A DNA stretch of 64,000 nt from Planctomycetota bacterium (GTDB taxonomy: Bacteria > Planctomycetota > UBA8108 > SXIK01), in assembly GCA_965223845.1 (NCBI GenBank), contig CBDCXR010000004.1, forward strand, positions 7,072,001-7,136,000, in the 5' to 3' direction. Position 1 is the first letter of the stretch; every line of letters begins with the position of its first letter. The notes beneath the pieces were generated by a model. The model did not search any database and was not told where the DNA came from. It saw nothing but the letters and a program-made list of their open reading frames with translations. Below, piece after piece: positions 10,408-19,873 of the stretch. The position numbers and the translations under genes are program-made.

Positions 10408-10436
10408 TTGTCAACGCGAACACTCGTCTCTACACT
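10408..10436 (+). promoter_or_regulatory. Sigma70-type promoter of mutS
   Basis: TTGTCA-N17-TACACT ending 35 nt upstream of ATG 10471. Confidence 0.6.
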
Positions 10437-10470
10437 ACGCAGCCGGTATCACCGTCGAATCGGAGATCTC

Positions 10471-13104
10471 ATGATTCGCGAAGTGGACAATCCGGCGCTC
10501 CAGACGCCCATGATGCGCCAGTACATGGCGATGAAGAAGAGGCATCCGCGCGAGATCCTCTTCTTCCGCATGGGCGACTTCTACGAGATGTTCTTCGACG
10601 ACGCCAAAGAGGCGTCGCAGATCCTGGGTCTCACGCTCACGTCTAGATCGAAGGACAAGCACGCCATCCCGATGGCGGGCATCCCGGTGCGCGCAGTCGA
10701 TTCGTACGTGCCGAAGCTCCTCCGTGCCGGCCGGCGAATCGCGATTTGCGAGCAAACGCAGGATCCCAAGGAGGCGAAGGGCATCGTCGACCGCGACGTC
10801 GTCCGCGTCATTTCGCCGGGAACGGTGACGGACGAGAACTTGGTCGGCGAGAAGTCGAACAACTTCATCGCCTCGATCGTCGTCGCGAAGGACGGATACG
10901 GCCTCGCGTGGCTCGACGTGACGACGGGAGAGTTCGTTGTCTGGGAGACGACCGCTCTCGATGCGCTCCTCGCGCAGCTTTCACGCGTCGATCCAGCCGA
11001 AGTTCTTCTCGCCGAGAGCGCCGCGTTCGATGGGGAGCGCTGTCCGCCGCTCCGCGACTTTCTACGTGGACTCGTCTCGACGCCGTATCCCGATCCCCTG
11101 TTCGATCACGACACGGCCCATCGTGCGCTCACCGAGCAGTTTGGAACCCAGTCGCTCGACGGCTTCGGCTGCGAGCACCTGAAACTCGCGACTCGCGCGG
11201 GCGGAGCCCTTACGAGCTACGTGAAGGACGCTCAGCGCGGTTCGCTCGAGCACGTCACGAAGATCACGCCACATCGCCATTCGCGCTACGTGCCGATCGA
11301 CCGCGCGACGCGCCGCGCGCTGGAGCTCACTGAGGGATTTCGCGACGGCGAAACGTCGACGACGCTCATCGGTTGCTTCGATCGCACGGCGACGTCTCTC
11401 GGGGCACGACTCCTTCGCGGCTGGCTGTTGATGCCGCTCACCGATCCGGCGGAGATCGCGCGCCGTCAGGACGCGGTCGGCGAGTGGGTCGACGCCGCTG
11501 AGAAGCGCGTCGCCGTGATCGAAATCCTCCGACAGATTCACGACCTCGAGCGACTCTCCACTCGCCTCAGCTACCGCAGTGCGAACGCGCGCGATCTCGT
11601 CGGCCTTCGCCGCACGCTCGAGATCCTTCCTTCGCTTCGCGCGCAGCTCGCCGACAGCCGTTCGGCCTACTACCGCGACCTCGCCGCGAAACTCGAATCG
11701 CCGCCCGGCCTGGCCGAGGAGATCGCGGCGGCGATCGTCGATGATCCTCCTCTCGCCGTGAAGGAGGGAGGAATGGTCCGGCGCGGGTACGACGCGGAGC
11801 TCGACGAGACGCTCAGCATCGCCGCCGAGGGCACCGAGTGGATCGCACGCTTCCAGCAGGAGGAGATCCGGCGCACGGGAATCCCGTCGCTCAAGGTGAG
11901 CTACAACAAGGTCTTCGGATACTACATCGAAGTCACGAATCCACATCGCGACAAGGTTCCGGACGACTACGTTCGCAAGCAAACTCTGAAGAACTGCGAG
12001 CGCTTCGTCACCGCCGACCTGAAGGAGTACGAGACGAAGGTCCTCAATGCGAAGGACAACGCGATCGACCGCGAGTACTCGATCTTCTGCGCGTTGCGCG
12101 ATCGGGCGCTCGAGCACGTCGGTGCGCTTCAGGAGATTGCGCACGCGGTCGCGCAGTGCGATGTGCTCGCCACCTTTGCCCGCCTCGCCGACGAGCGGGG
12201 CTACGTTCGACCGACGGTCGACGACGGCTCTCGTCTCGACATCGAGGACGGCCGCCATCCGGTCGTCGAAACGTTTCAGGAGACGGGCGGCTTTGTTCCA
12301 AACTCGATCGCACTCGAGCCCGGCTCCGACATCATGATCATCACCGGACCGAATATGGCCGGGAAATCGACGTACATCCGGCAAGTCGCACTGCTCACGC
12401 TCCTCGCGCAGACGGGCAGCTTCATCCCCGCAAGGCGCGCGCACATCGGTGCGGTCGATTGCATCTACACTCGCGTCGGGGCCGCTGACGATCTCGCCCG
12501 CGGACAATCGACGTTCATGGTCGAGATGGCGGAGACCGCGAACATCCTCAACAACGCAACCGAGAGAAGTCTGATCATCCTAGACGAAGTCGGCCGCGGA
12601 ACGAGCACCTTCGACGGAGTGAGCCTCGCCTGGGCGATCACTGAATACGTCGCGGAGCACGTCGGCTGTCGAACGCTTTTCGCGACGCACTACCACGAGC
12701 TTACGGCGCTCACGACCACGCAGCCGCGGGCGCAAAACTTCAACGTGTCGGTGAAGGAGTGGAACGACGAGATCATCTTCCTCCACAAGATCGTTCCCGG
12801 GAGTGCCGACAAGAGCTACGGCATCCACGTCGCCCGGCTCGCGGGGATCCCGAGCTCGGCGCTCGAGCGCGCGAAGGAGATCCTCTCGAATCTCGAATCG
12901 CAGGCCTTCGACCTCCACGATCAGCCGAAGCTCGCCCACAAGCACGAGCCCCGGCCGGCGACCGAGGCCGGTTCGCGACAGCTCGATTTTTTTCGCGGGC
13001 AGGACAGCGAGCTTCTCGAGGAAGTGAAGCGTCTCGATCTCGACGCGACGACGCCGCTCGAGGCGCTGCAGTTTCTCCACGATCTTCGCGATCGTTTGAC
13101 CTAA
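10471..13104 (+). CDS. mutS: DNA mismatch repair protein MutS
   Basis: TPMMRQY, FFRMGDFYEMF, TGPNMAGKSTY, STFMVEM, DEVGRGTST, ATHYHEL; GGAG RBS before ATG 10471. Confidence 0.98.
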   Translation: MIREVDNPALQTPMMRQYMAMKKRHPREILFFRMGDFYEMFFDDAKEASQILGLTLTSRSKDKHAIPMAGIPVRAVDSYVPKLLRAGRRIAICEQTQDPKEAKGIVDRDVVRVISPGTVTDENLVGEKSNNFIASIVVAKDGYGLAWLDVTTGEFVVWETTALDALLAQLSRVDPAEVLLAESAAFDGERCPPLRDFLRGLVSTPYPDPLFDHDTAHRALTEQFGTQSLDGFGCEHLKLATRAGGALTSYVKDAQRGSLEHVTKITPHRHSRYVPIDRATRRALELTEGFRDGETSTTLIGCFDRTATSLGARLLRGWLLMPLTDPAEIARRQDAVGEWVDAAEKRVAVIEILRQIHDLERLSTRLSYRSANARDLVGLRRTLEILPSLRAQLADSRSAYYRDLAAKLESPPGLAEEIAAAIVDDPPLAVKEGGMVRRGYDAELDETLSIAAEGTEWIARFQQEEIRRTGIPSLKVSYNKVFGYYIEVTNPHRDKVPDDYVRKQTLKNCERFVTADLKEYETKVLNAKDNAIDREYSIFCALRDRALEHVGALQEIAHAVAQCDVLATFARLADERGYVRPTVDDGSRLDIEDGRHPVVETFQETGGFVPNSIALEPGSDIMIITGPNMAGKSTYIRQVALLTLLAQTGSFIPARRAHIGAVDCIYTRVGAADDLARGQSTFMVEMAETANILNNATERSLIILDEVGRGTSTFDGVSLAWAITEYVAEHVGCRTLFATHYHELTALTTTQPRAQNFNVSVKEWNDEIIFLHKIVPGSADKSYGIHVARLAGIPSSALERAKEILSNLESQAFDLHDQPKLAHKHEPRPATEAGSRQLDFFRGQDSELLEEVKRLDLDATTPLEALQFLHDLRDRLT

Positions 13105-13134
13105 CCGCGCTGCGAGTCTCGCCCCGGCCGGAGC

Positions 13135-13782
13135 TTACTCTGCGGGCGTCTCGTCGGGCGAGGTCTCCTCGCCGTCGGAATCACCCCCGTCGAGACTCTC
13201 GAAGATGGAATCCCAAGTCGAGTCGAGCTCTTGCATGAGATCCTTCTCGTCGCCGCTGAAGAGCACGTTCGGTGCGACCTCCGCATCGGGGTCGGCGGCG
13301 GGGACGACGCTCGCCGTGCGCGTTCGACGGAGCTCCTCCGGCAGCGGCACGAGCGTCTCGAGCTTCTTCGTCACTTCCGACGTATAGCCGACGAAGAGGC
13401 CGGCGTTGAGACCCGTACGCGCCGGGATCTCGCCCAGCGCCTCGGCCGAGGGGACTTCCGTCACGAGGACGAGCAGTGTTCCGCCCACCTGATCGAAGGG
13501 AAGCAGGCGGTGGCGGTGGAGGTAGGCGGGATCGAACTTCTCGAGGTGACTCTCGTCGAACTCGTAGTTCTTGAGCGAGAGAAACGGCAGTTGATACTGC
13601 ACGCTGACAATCTTCGCGATGTCCGACTCGGTGACGAGTCCGATGTCCATGAGGATGTTGCCGAGGAGCTCGCCCGTCTGGCGCTGGAGCTCGAGCGCCT
13701 CGTTGAGCTGATTCTCACTGATGAGTCCCTCGTCGATCAGAATGTCTCCGATGCGACGACGGTGAGTCCTGGACGTAGCCAT
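13135..13782 (-). CDS. Stand-alone MshEN / T2SSE_N domain protein (putative c-di-GMP receptor)
   Basis: Two 24-aa repeats RIGDILIDEGLISENQLNEALELQ and LLGNILMDIGLVTESDIAKIVSVQ with a 5-aa linker, then a GspE-N-like subdomain; no ATPase. Confidence 0.85.
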   Translation of the reverse strand: MATSRTHRRRIGDILIDEGLISENQLNEALELQRQTGELLGNILMDIGLVTESDIAKIVSVQYQLPFLSLKNYEFDESHLEKFDPAYLHRHRLLPFDQVGGTLLVLVTEVPSAEALGEIPARTGLNAGLFVGYTSEVTKKLETLVPLPEELRRTRTASVVPAADPDAEVAPNVLFSGDEKDLMQELDSTWDSIFESLDGGDSDGEETSPDETPAE

Positions 13783-13855
13783 GGTGGGTGATCGGGCCTC
13801 GAACGGGCGGAGAAGGATCGGTGAGCGAGAATGCGGCGAGATGGCTCGCTGGTGA

Positions 13856-13885
13856 AGCGTACAACCGCGCGCGTGAAGCCGTCAA
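13856..13885 (-). promoter_or_regulatory. Putative sigma70 promoter of the MshEN gene
   Basis: Minus strand TTGACG-N18-TACGCT with TG upstream of the -10. Confidence 0.45.
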
Positions 13886-13960
13886 ACCGAGGGGCCGAAT
13901 CGCGCTCCGACCCGATAACTCCCCTCCCGTCTTCGGGCGGTGACCGCCGCGATCGTTCGG

Positions 13961-15808
13961 CTATTCCGGGCTCGACGACTCTTTTTCCTTCAGCGCATCG
14001 AACACTCGATCGGCGAGCGAGGCACCGATAACCTCGGCGATGTCTTCGCGACTCGCGGCGCGGATCGCACGCAGCGTGCCGAATCGCTCGAGGAGGGCGT
14101 CACGGCGCTTGCGTCCGATTCCGGGGATTCCTTCGAGCCCGGTCCTCAGAGTCGTTTTCTTCCTCAACTCGCGGTGGTAGCGCACCGCGAAGCGATGCGC
14201 CTCATCGCGGATGCGTTGGAGGAGGTGGCTCTCGTCGCTCTCGGGTGAGACCGGGAGCGGATCCTTGCGTCCGGGAACGAATACGCGCTCGGTGGTCCCT
14301 TTGTGCCGCCGCTCCTTCGCGAGAGACGCCACGGCGACCACGCCGCGGAGACCGGCATCCTCGAGCACCTGGACGGCGACGCCGAGCTGCCCTTTGCCGC
14401 CGTCGATGACGACGAGGTCCGGCAGCTCGCCCGATTCCGCGCCGCCGCGAAACCGGCGCCCGAGAACTTCCCGCATGCATTCGAAGTCGTTCGCCCCGAC
14501 TACCGTTTGGATGCGGAACTTCCGGTAGCGATCCTTCGCGGCTCGACCGTCCTCGAAGCAGACCATCGAGCCGACCGCGAGAGAACCTTGGAAGTTCGAA
14601 ATGTCGTAGCACTCGATCCGGCGCGGAACGCGAGCGAGATCGAGCTTCACCCGGAGCGATTCGAGGAGGCCCTCGAGTCGCTCGGCGTCCGAGCGTGCGA
14701 GCGCGAATGCGTTGCGGCAGTTCTTTTCCGCCATCTCGACCAGCCGCCGCTTCTCTCCGCGCTGAGGAACGAGAATGCTCGTCTTTCGTCCCTTTCTTTC
14801 GCGCAGCCAGCTTTCGAGTGTTTCACGATCATCGAAGTCTCGGTCGCACAGGATCTCCGGCGGGATGTAGCGCTCGGCCGTGTAGTACTGCGTGAGGAAG
14901 CTCGCGATCACGTCCTCGAGCTCGAGCGAAGTCCGGAAGGTGTGGCAGTGCGTGTTCACGATGCGCCCCTCGCGAACGAGGATCTCCTGCACCGCTACCG
15001 TCTCCTGCTCGCGCACACAGGAAAAAATGTCTCGATCGCCGCGACCCCACTCCTGTGCTTTCTGATCTTCGAACACCTTCTCGATCGCCCGTATCTGGTC
15101 TCGATAGCGGGCGGCGAGCTCGTACTCCTTCGCCTCGGATGCGCGAATCATTTTCTGTTCGATGAGAGAGATCAGCTCGCGGTTCTTTCCGCGGAGAAAA
15201 AGGATGACTTCGTCGACGTCCTTTTGATAGGCGACACGCGTGATGAGATCGACGCAGGGCGCCGTGCAGCGACCGATCTCGTACTCGATGCACGGGCGCG
15301 TTCGGTTGCGGAAGAAACCGTTCGTACAGGTTCGGAGCGGGAAGATCTTCTTGACCACTCGAAGCATCTCGCGCACCGACCGCGCCGAGCCGAAGGGGCC
15401 GAAGTAGAGATTGCCGTCATCGCGGTAGCGGCGTGTGACGAGCACGCGAGGCCAGTCCTCCGTGATCGTCACCTTGACGCTCACGTAGGACTTGTCGTCC
15501 TTGAGCCGCACGTTGTAGACGGGCCGATGTTTCTTGATCAGATTGTTTTCGAGAATAAGCGCTTCCGCTTCGGAGTCTGTCACGATGCAGTCGACGTCCG
15601 CGATCCTTCCGACGAGAAACCTGTAGAAGACTCTCGTGTCTGGACTGCGTGACAGGTACGAGCGGACGCGTTGGCGAAGCGAGACCGCCTTCCCGACGTA
15701 GATGATCCGGCTCGATGCGTCCTTCATGATGTAGACGCCCGGCGACGTCGGGAATCGACTCACCTTTTCGGTGAGCGCGCTCGAGTCTGGAGTTTCGCGG
15801 TTCGTCAT
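13961..15808 (-). CDS. uvrC: Excinuclease ABC subunit C
   Basis: GIY-YIG PGVYIM..IIYVGKA..LRQRVRSY, Cys cluster, IECYDISN, PDLVVIDGGKGQL, IRDEAHRFA, C-terminal HhH. Confidence 0.97.
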   Translation of the reverse strand: MTNRETPDSSALTEKVSRFPTSPGVYIMKDASSRIIYVGKAVSLRQRVRSYLSRSPDTRVFYRFLVGRIADVDCIVTDSEAEALILENNLIKKHRPVYNVRLKDDKSYVSVKVTITEDWPRVLVTRRYRDDGNLYFGPFGSARSVREMLRVVKKIFPLRTCTNGFFRNRTRPCIEYEIGRCTAPCVDLITRVAYQKDVDEVILFLRGKNRELISLIEQKMIRASEAKEYELAARYRDQIRAIEKVFEDQKAQEWGRGDRDIFSCVREQETVAVQEILVREGRIVNTHCHTFRTSLELEDVIASFLTQYYTAERYIPPEILCDRDFDDRETLESWLRERKGRKTSILVPQRGEKRRLVEMAEKNCRNAFALARSDAERLEGLLESLRVKLDLARVPRRIECYDISNFQGSLAVGSMVCFEDGRAAKDRYRKFRIQTVVGANDFECMREVLGRRFRGGAESGELPDLVVIDGGKGQLGVAVQVLEDAGLRGVVAVASLAKERRHKGTTERVFVPGRKDPLPVSPESDESHLLQRIRDEAHRFAVRYHRELRKKTTLRTGLEGIPGIGRKRRDALLERFGTLRAIRAASREDIAEVIGASLADRVFDALKEKESSSPE

Positions 15809-16178
15809 CGCTAGGTCGCCTCGGCCGGAGCTACGAACTCGTCCTCGGTTCCGTCGAGCCTCATTCGTCTCTTGGTCGGGTGCGTGGAACGCGAGTCGAA
15901 CGGAACGGTACGGTAGCAGGCAAGCTGCGATCGCCCGACTTCAACGTCCGTTCCGCCTCGACGCCAAGCTACGAGTCTACCCGAACGCGCGTAGCGGCAG
16001 CGGTCCGCGAGCGACTTCGCATCGCTTTGTATCGGGGACTCCCTGAGTCTCGTCGGCACTCCGATCCGCCTATCCTGGAACCCGGGGTGGGTGCTTCGCC
16101 TCGTCTGATCGTCGGCGACCGCTGACAGCGGGCTGCGCCGGTCGAGCCCGATGTTCTTCTTTCGGAGGATTCTCAGCT

Positions 16179-16478
16179 ATGGATCAAGCGATCGCGTGGA
16201 TCGTTCGCATCGTAGGCGGTGCCGTCGGCGGCAACGTCGCGGGCGGGCTGCTCAAGGGGTTCAGTCTCGGCAAGGTGTGGAACTCGATTATCGGCGTCCT
16301 CGGCGGCGGGCTCGGCGGGGAGCTCCTCTCGCGGCTCGGCATCGCCGCCGCGCCTTCCGGTGAGCTCGATCTCACGTCCGTGCTCGCGAATCTCGGCTCG
16401 TCCGTAGCCGGCGGCGGCGTTGTCCTCACCGTGATCGGCGCGATCAAGAAGGTGATCGGAGGCGGCGGCGGAAAGTAG
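16179..16478 (+). CDS. Small Gly-rich membrane protein
   Basis: Three hydrophobic Gly-zipper-like segments; GGAGGA upstream. Confidence 0.75.
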   Translation: MDQAIAWIVRIVGGAVGGNVAGGLLKGFSLGKVWNSIIGVLGGGLGGELLSRLGIAAAPSGELDLTSVLANLGSSVAGGGVVLTVIGAIKKVIGGGGGK

Positions 16479-16530
16479 CCGCCGTTCAGTCGGCCGGTGT
16501 TCGGCGACCCGCTGGAGATACGCAGCCGAT

Positions 16531-17172
16531 CTACTCGGCGCGGCTGTACTCGAGGTAGTAGATCGGCTGCCCGCGGGCGAGGAACTTCTGCTCGAACGGC
16601 GTCGAATGCGGCGCGAACGGGCTCGAAGCGAACTCACCGGGACCCGACAGATTGACGAGGCCCGGCGTCGCGTCCAGAACCTCGAGCATCTGAGCGGCGT
16701 ACTCCCCCGAATCCGTACGGAGCGAGATTCCGCCGCCGACGCGGAGGAGGCGTCGCATCTGCGTCGTGTTCTTCGGCTGAACGAGACGATGCTTCGCGTG
16801 ACGCCGTTTCGGCCACGGGTCGGGATGGTTCACGTAGAAATGGTCGACCGAATCCGGCGCGAAGAGCTCGTGGAGTGCCCGCCGCGCGTCTTCGGCGAGC
16901 ATGCGGATCTGTTCGAGCTCCGCGGCGTGCACGCGCTTCAAGAACTTGAGCACGCGCCGCATGCAGTACTCGAAACCGAGGTAGTTGTAGCTAGGAGCCC
17001 GCTCGGCGACGCGGATGAGAAAATCGGAGTTTCCGACCCCGATCTCGACGCGAAGAGGGTACGGCGCACCGTACACTTCGGCCCAATCGACGGGCCCGTC
17101 CGCTTTCGTACGCGGTAGAGCGGCGAAATCGAGGAGATGCTCGGTCCGGACTCGTTTGATCCGTCGTGCCAT
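16531..17172 (-). CDS. trmB: tRNA (guanine-N7)-methyltransferase
   Basis: VEIGVGNSDF, YLGFE, HPDPWPKRRHAKHRL, LRTD, TPFEQK. Confidence 0.92.
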   Translation of the reverse strand: MARRIKRVRTEHLLDFAALPRTKADGPVDWAEVYGAPYPLRVEIGVGNSDFLIRVAERAPSYNYLGFEYCMRRVLKFLKRVHAAELEQIRMLAEDARRALHELFAPDSVDHFYVNHPDPWPKRRHAKHRLVQPKNTTQMRRLLRVGGGISLRTDSGEYAAQMLEVLDATPGLVNLSGPGEFASSPFAPHSTPFEQKFLARGQPIYYLEYSRAE

Positions 17173-17284
17173 GTGGAGTTTCGCGAAGCGAACGGCGAAT
17201 CCAGCCCGTCGACGCCAGCGGGCGCGGCGCCGTGGGTCGGCGGCTGCGATCCGGGCGACTGCGATCCGATACTCGCCGGCCGGC

Positions 17285-18178
17285 TCAGCCGACGTACTTC
17301 GGTCGCTCCGGGAGGCCGGTGCACTCCGTCGGATCGACGTCGGGCAGGTTCAGGATCGCGGTGTAGACGTCGTGAATCACTTCGTAGGGCGTCGAGGTGC
17401 CGGCCGTGATGCCGACGTGCTCGACGCCGACGAACCACTCCCGCTCCAGCTCCTCGGCCCGCTCGATATGGTGCGCGGCGACGCCGAGCTCTTCGCACAC
17501 GAGCTTTAGTTTCTTCGTATTGGAGGAATTGTATCCGCCGATGACGATCATCAGATCGACTTCCCCGGCGAGCTCGCGCACCGCCACTTGTCGGTCCTTC
17601 GTCGGCTGACAAACGGTGTCCGAGAACTCGACTTCCGCTTTCGGGAACCGCTCGCGGATCAGCTCGACCATCTTCGTGACGAAGTCGATCTGCTGCGTCG
17701 TCTGCGACACGATGCCGATGCGATCGTGACCGGCGAGTGACTCGATCTCTTCGGGCGAGCGGATCACCGTATAGTCTTCGAGGTCGCCGACGATGCCGCG
17801 CACTTCGACGTGAGACGCCTGGCCGATGACGACGGGGTGGTAACCGGCGCGCACGAACCGTGCGATCGCCTTGTGCACGCGGAGGACGAGCGGGCAGCTC
17901 GCGTCGATCACGCGGTAGCCCATTTCCCGGGCGCGCTGGCGGAGGCTCGCCGGTGCGCCGTGCGCCGTGATCATCACGTTCCGCGTCTGGATGTTCTCCG
18001 GCTCGAGCTTGTCGACGAGGTTGACACCGTTCGCGCGCAGCCGCTCGACGGTCTGCGGGTTGTGCACGAGCTGCCCGATCACCGTGAGCTCGTCCTTGTA
18101 CGCCGGGTCGAGCGCGAGGTCGATCGCGTCTTGGACGCCGAAGCAAGTGCCGAGGGCTTTCGCGACCGTTACGCGCAT
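17285..18178 (-). CDS. ispH: 4-hydroxy-3-methylbut-2-enyl diphosphate reductase
   Basis: GTCFGV, LVHN, AHG, DASCPLV, SQTT, DTVC..T..RQ, SSNT, TAGTSTP; start trimmed to ATG 18178. Confidence 0.96.
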   Translation of the reverse strand: MRVTVAKALGTCFGVQDAIDLALDPAYKDELTVIGQLVHNPQTVERLRANGVNLVDKLEPENIQTRNVMITAHGAPASLRQRAREMGYRVIDASCPLVLRVHKAIARFVRAGYHPVVIGQASHVEVRGIVGDLEDYTVIRSPEEIESLAGHDRIGIVSQTTQQIDFVTKMVELIRERFPKAEVEFSDTVCQPTKDRQVAVRELAGEVDLMIVIGGYNSSNTKKLKLVCEELGVAAHHIERAEELEREWFVGVEHVGITAGTSTPYEVIHDVYTAILNLPDVDPTECTGLPERPKYVG

Positions 18179-18263
18179 AGAAGGCTCCGCGAGGAGGGGG
18201 AGAGCACCGTGTAAAAACTTGTACCCTAAGAAGATGCGCTCGGAGGCGCGCACGAGCCGGTGG

Positions 18264-18292
18264 ATTCTATCGGCGGGCGCGGCGCGAGTAAA
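18264..18292 (-). promoter_or_regulatory. Putative sigma70 promoter of ispH
   Basis: Minus strand TTTACT-N17-TAGAAT. Confidence 0.5.
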
Positions 18293-18301
18293 GCCGCGCG
18301 G

Positions 18302-19129
18302 TTACCCCGCGGCGCACGGGCCCGGCTGAGGTTCCACGGGCCGCTGCGCCGCGATCGCGTCGACGATGCGCTGGGTGAGCTCCTCGACCTCGTCGCGCGA
18401 AGGCTTCCCTGCGGTCTTGGCCGGCACGAGCACCGAGCCGCAGTGCACCGCCGTTCGCGACGGTGTGAAGAGCGCCTTCAGCACCGAGTCGTTCTGCGGC
18501 GTGCCGTCGATAAAGCAAGGTACGATCACCGCGCCGGTTTTGAGTGCGAGGAGGGCGACTCCACCTTTGGCGTCGTCGAACTCGCCACCCTCGCGAATCC
18601 CGCCTTGGGGGAAGACTCCGACGACTCGTCCCGCGCGGAGGAGTCCGAGCGCCGCCTTCGTCGCGGCGAGATCGTGACCGTCCCGGTTCACGGGAATGGC
18701 ACCGACGATCGAGCAGAACCACCTCAGGACCGGGACTTCGTAGTACTCGCGCGCCATCATGAAGTGGATGAGTCGCCGCGTCGTGATCCCGACGGCCAGC
18801 GGATCGACGCCGCTCCGGTGGTTCGCGACGACGATCGCCGGGCCCTCGCGCGGGACTGCGTCGAGCTCGAGCCGGACGCGCTGGCGATGGACGACTCGCA
18901 TGTAGCAGCGCGCGAGAAGACGCACGTGAGCGACGGCGAGGGTATCCTCGGGCCCTCGGAGGAGGAGGCTCACCGCGCTGAAGACGACGGCCGATCCGAG
19001 GCCGATTCCGAGGGCCCACCATCCGGCGAGTGCGAGGGTGTCGCTCGGCGCGACCGCGATCCCCTCGCCCGAGAGAGCGCGCGCTGCCGCCGATATCGCG
19101 CAAGTGAATTCGGCCGGAGTGAAACCCAT
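18302..19129 (-). CDS. Lysophospholipid acyltransferase (PlsC family)
   Basis: NHRSGVD (HX4D), FMMARE, GAIPVNR, VFPQG. Confidence 0.9.
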   Translation of the reverse strand: MGFTPAEFTCAISAAARALSGEGIAVAPSDTLALAGWWALGIGLGSAVVFSAVSLLLRGPEDTLAVAHVRLLARCYMRVVHRQRVRLELDAVPREGPAIVVANHRSGVDPLAVGITTRRLIHFMMAREYYEVPVLRWFCSIVGAIPVNRDGHDLAATKAALGLLRAGRVVGVFPQGGIREGGEFDDAKGGVALLALKTGAVIVPCFIDGTPQNDSVLKALFTPSRTAVHCGSVLVPAKTAGKPSRDEVEELTQRIVDAIAAQRPVEPQPGPCAAG

Positions 19130-19142
19130 GCGCAGCTCGCCC

Positions 19143-19712
19143 TCACCGAGTGAAGATCAGCACCTCCGATTCGCCGAACGAGCGCCGCTCGGTCGGCTCG
19201 TCCGGCAACTGACCGCTCCAGTCTGACGGGTGGCGAAACACCAGCGATCCACCGGGCTCGAACCACCGCGCGCCGAGGAGCTCCTCCAGCCGCTCGATCA
19301 CGCGCGCCGCGTCTTCTTCACGGCGAAACATCCTATAGGGCGGGTCGAGGAAAATGAACCGGAAGCTCTCGCCGATCGCTTGCTCAGCCGAAGGGGCCGG
19401 AGGCGAGGCGAGCGCGTCCTCGGCACGGATTTCCGCGCGAGATTGAAAGTGCAGTCGCCGCACGTTCTCCCGGAGGAGCGCGAGCGCCTCCCGGCCGGAA
19501 TCGACGAACACGCAGCGGCGCGCTCCGCGGCTGATCGCCTCGAGTCCGAACGAGCCGACTCCGGCGAACAGATCGAGCGCGTGCGCGCCGAGCGGATCGT
19601 CGATGAGCGAGAACACCGTCTCCCGAATGCGATCGAGCGCGGGGCGGATCGAATCAGCGCCCTGAGGCGTCGCGAGTCGACGCCCGCGGGCCTCGCCGGC
19701 GATGATGCGCAT
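19143..19712 (-). CDS. rsmD: 16S rRNA m2G966 methyltransferase
   Basis: MRIIAGEARGRRL, RP..DRIRE, LDLFAGVGSFGLEAISRGA, IFLDPPY. Confidence 0.95.
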   Translation of the reverse strand: MRIIAGEARGRRLATPQGADSIRPALDRIRETVFSLIDDPLGAHALDLFAGVGSFGLEAISRGARRCVFVDSGREALALLRENVRRLHFQSRAEIRAEDALASPPAPSAEQAIGESFRFIFLDPPYRMFRREEDAARVIERLEELLGARWFEPGGSLVFRHPSDWSGQLPDEPTERRSFGESEVLIFTR

Positions 19713-19873
19713 CGCGATGGGCGGCCTCGAGAGTCAGCGGAGGGGGGCGCGGGACGACGGCGAGCCGGGTCGGCGTCGACTCTCACTCGCCGCCGGCGCC
19801 GGGGATCGGCGCTCGGGCGGCGAGCGAGGTCGAAGTTTGCTTCCGTCGGCCCTCGCCGACGTGACCCGGTGCT

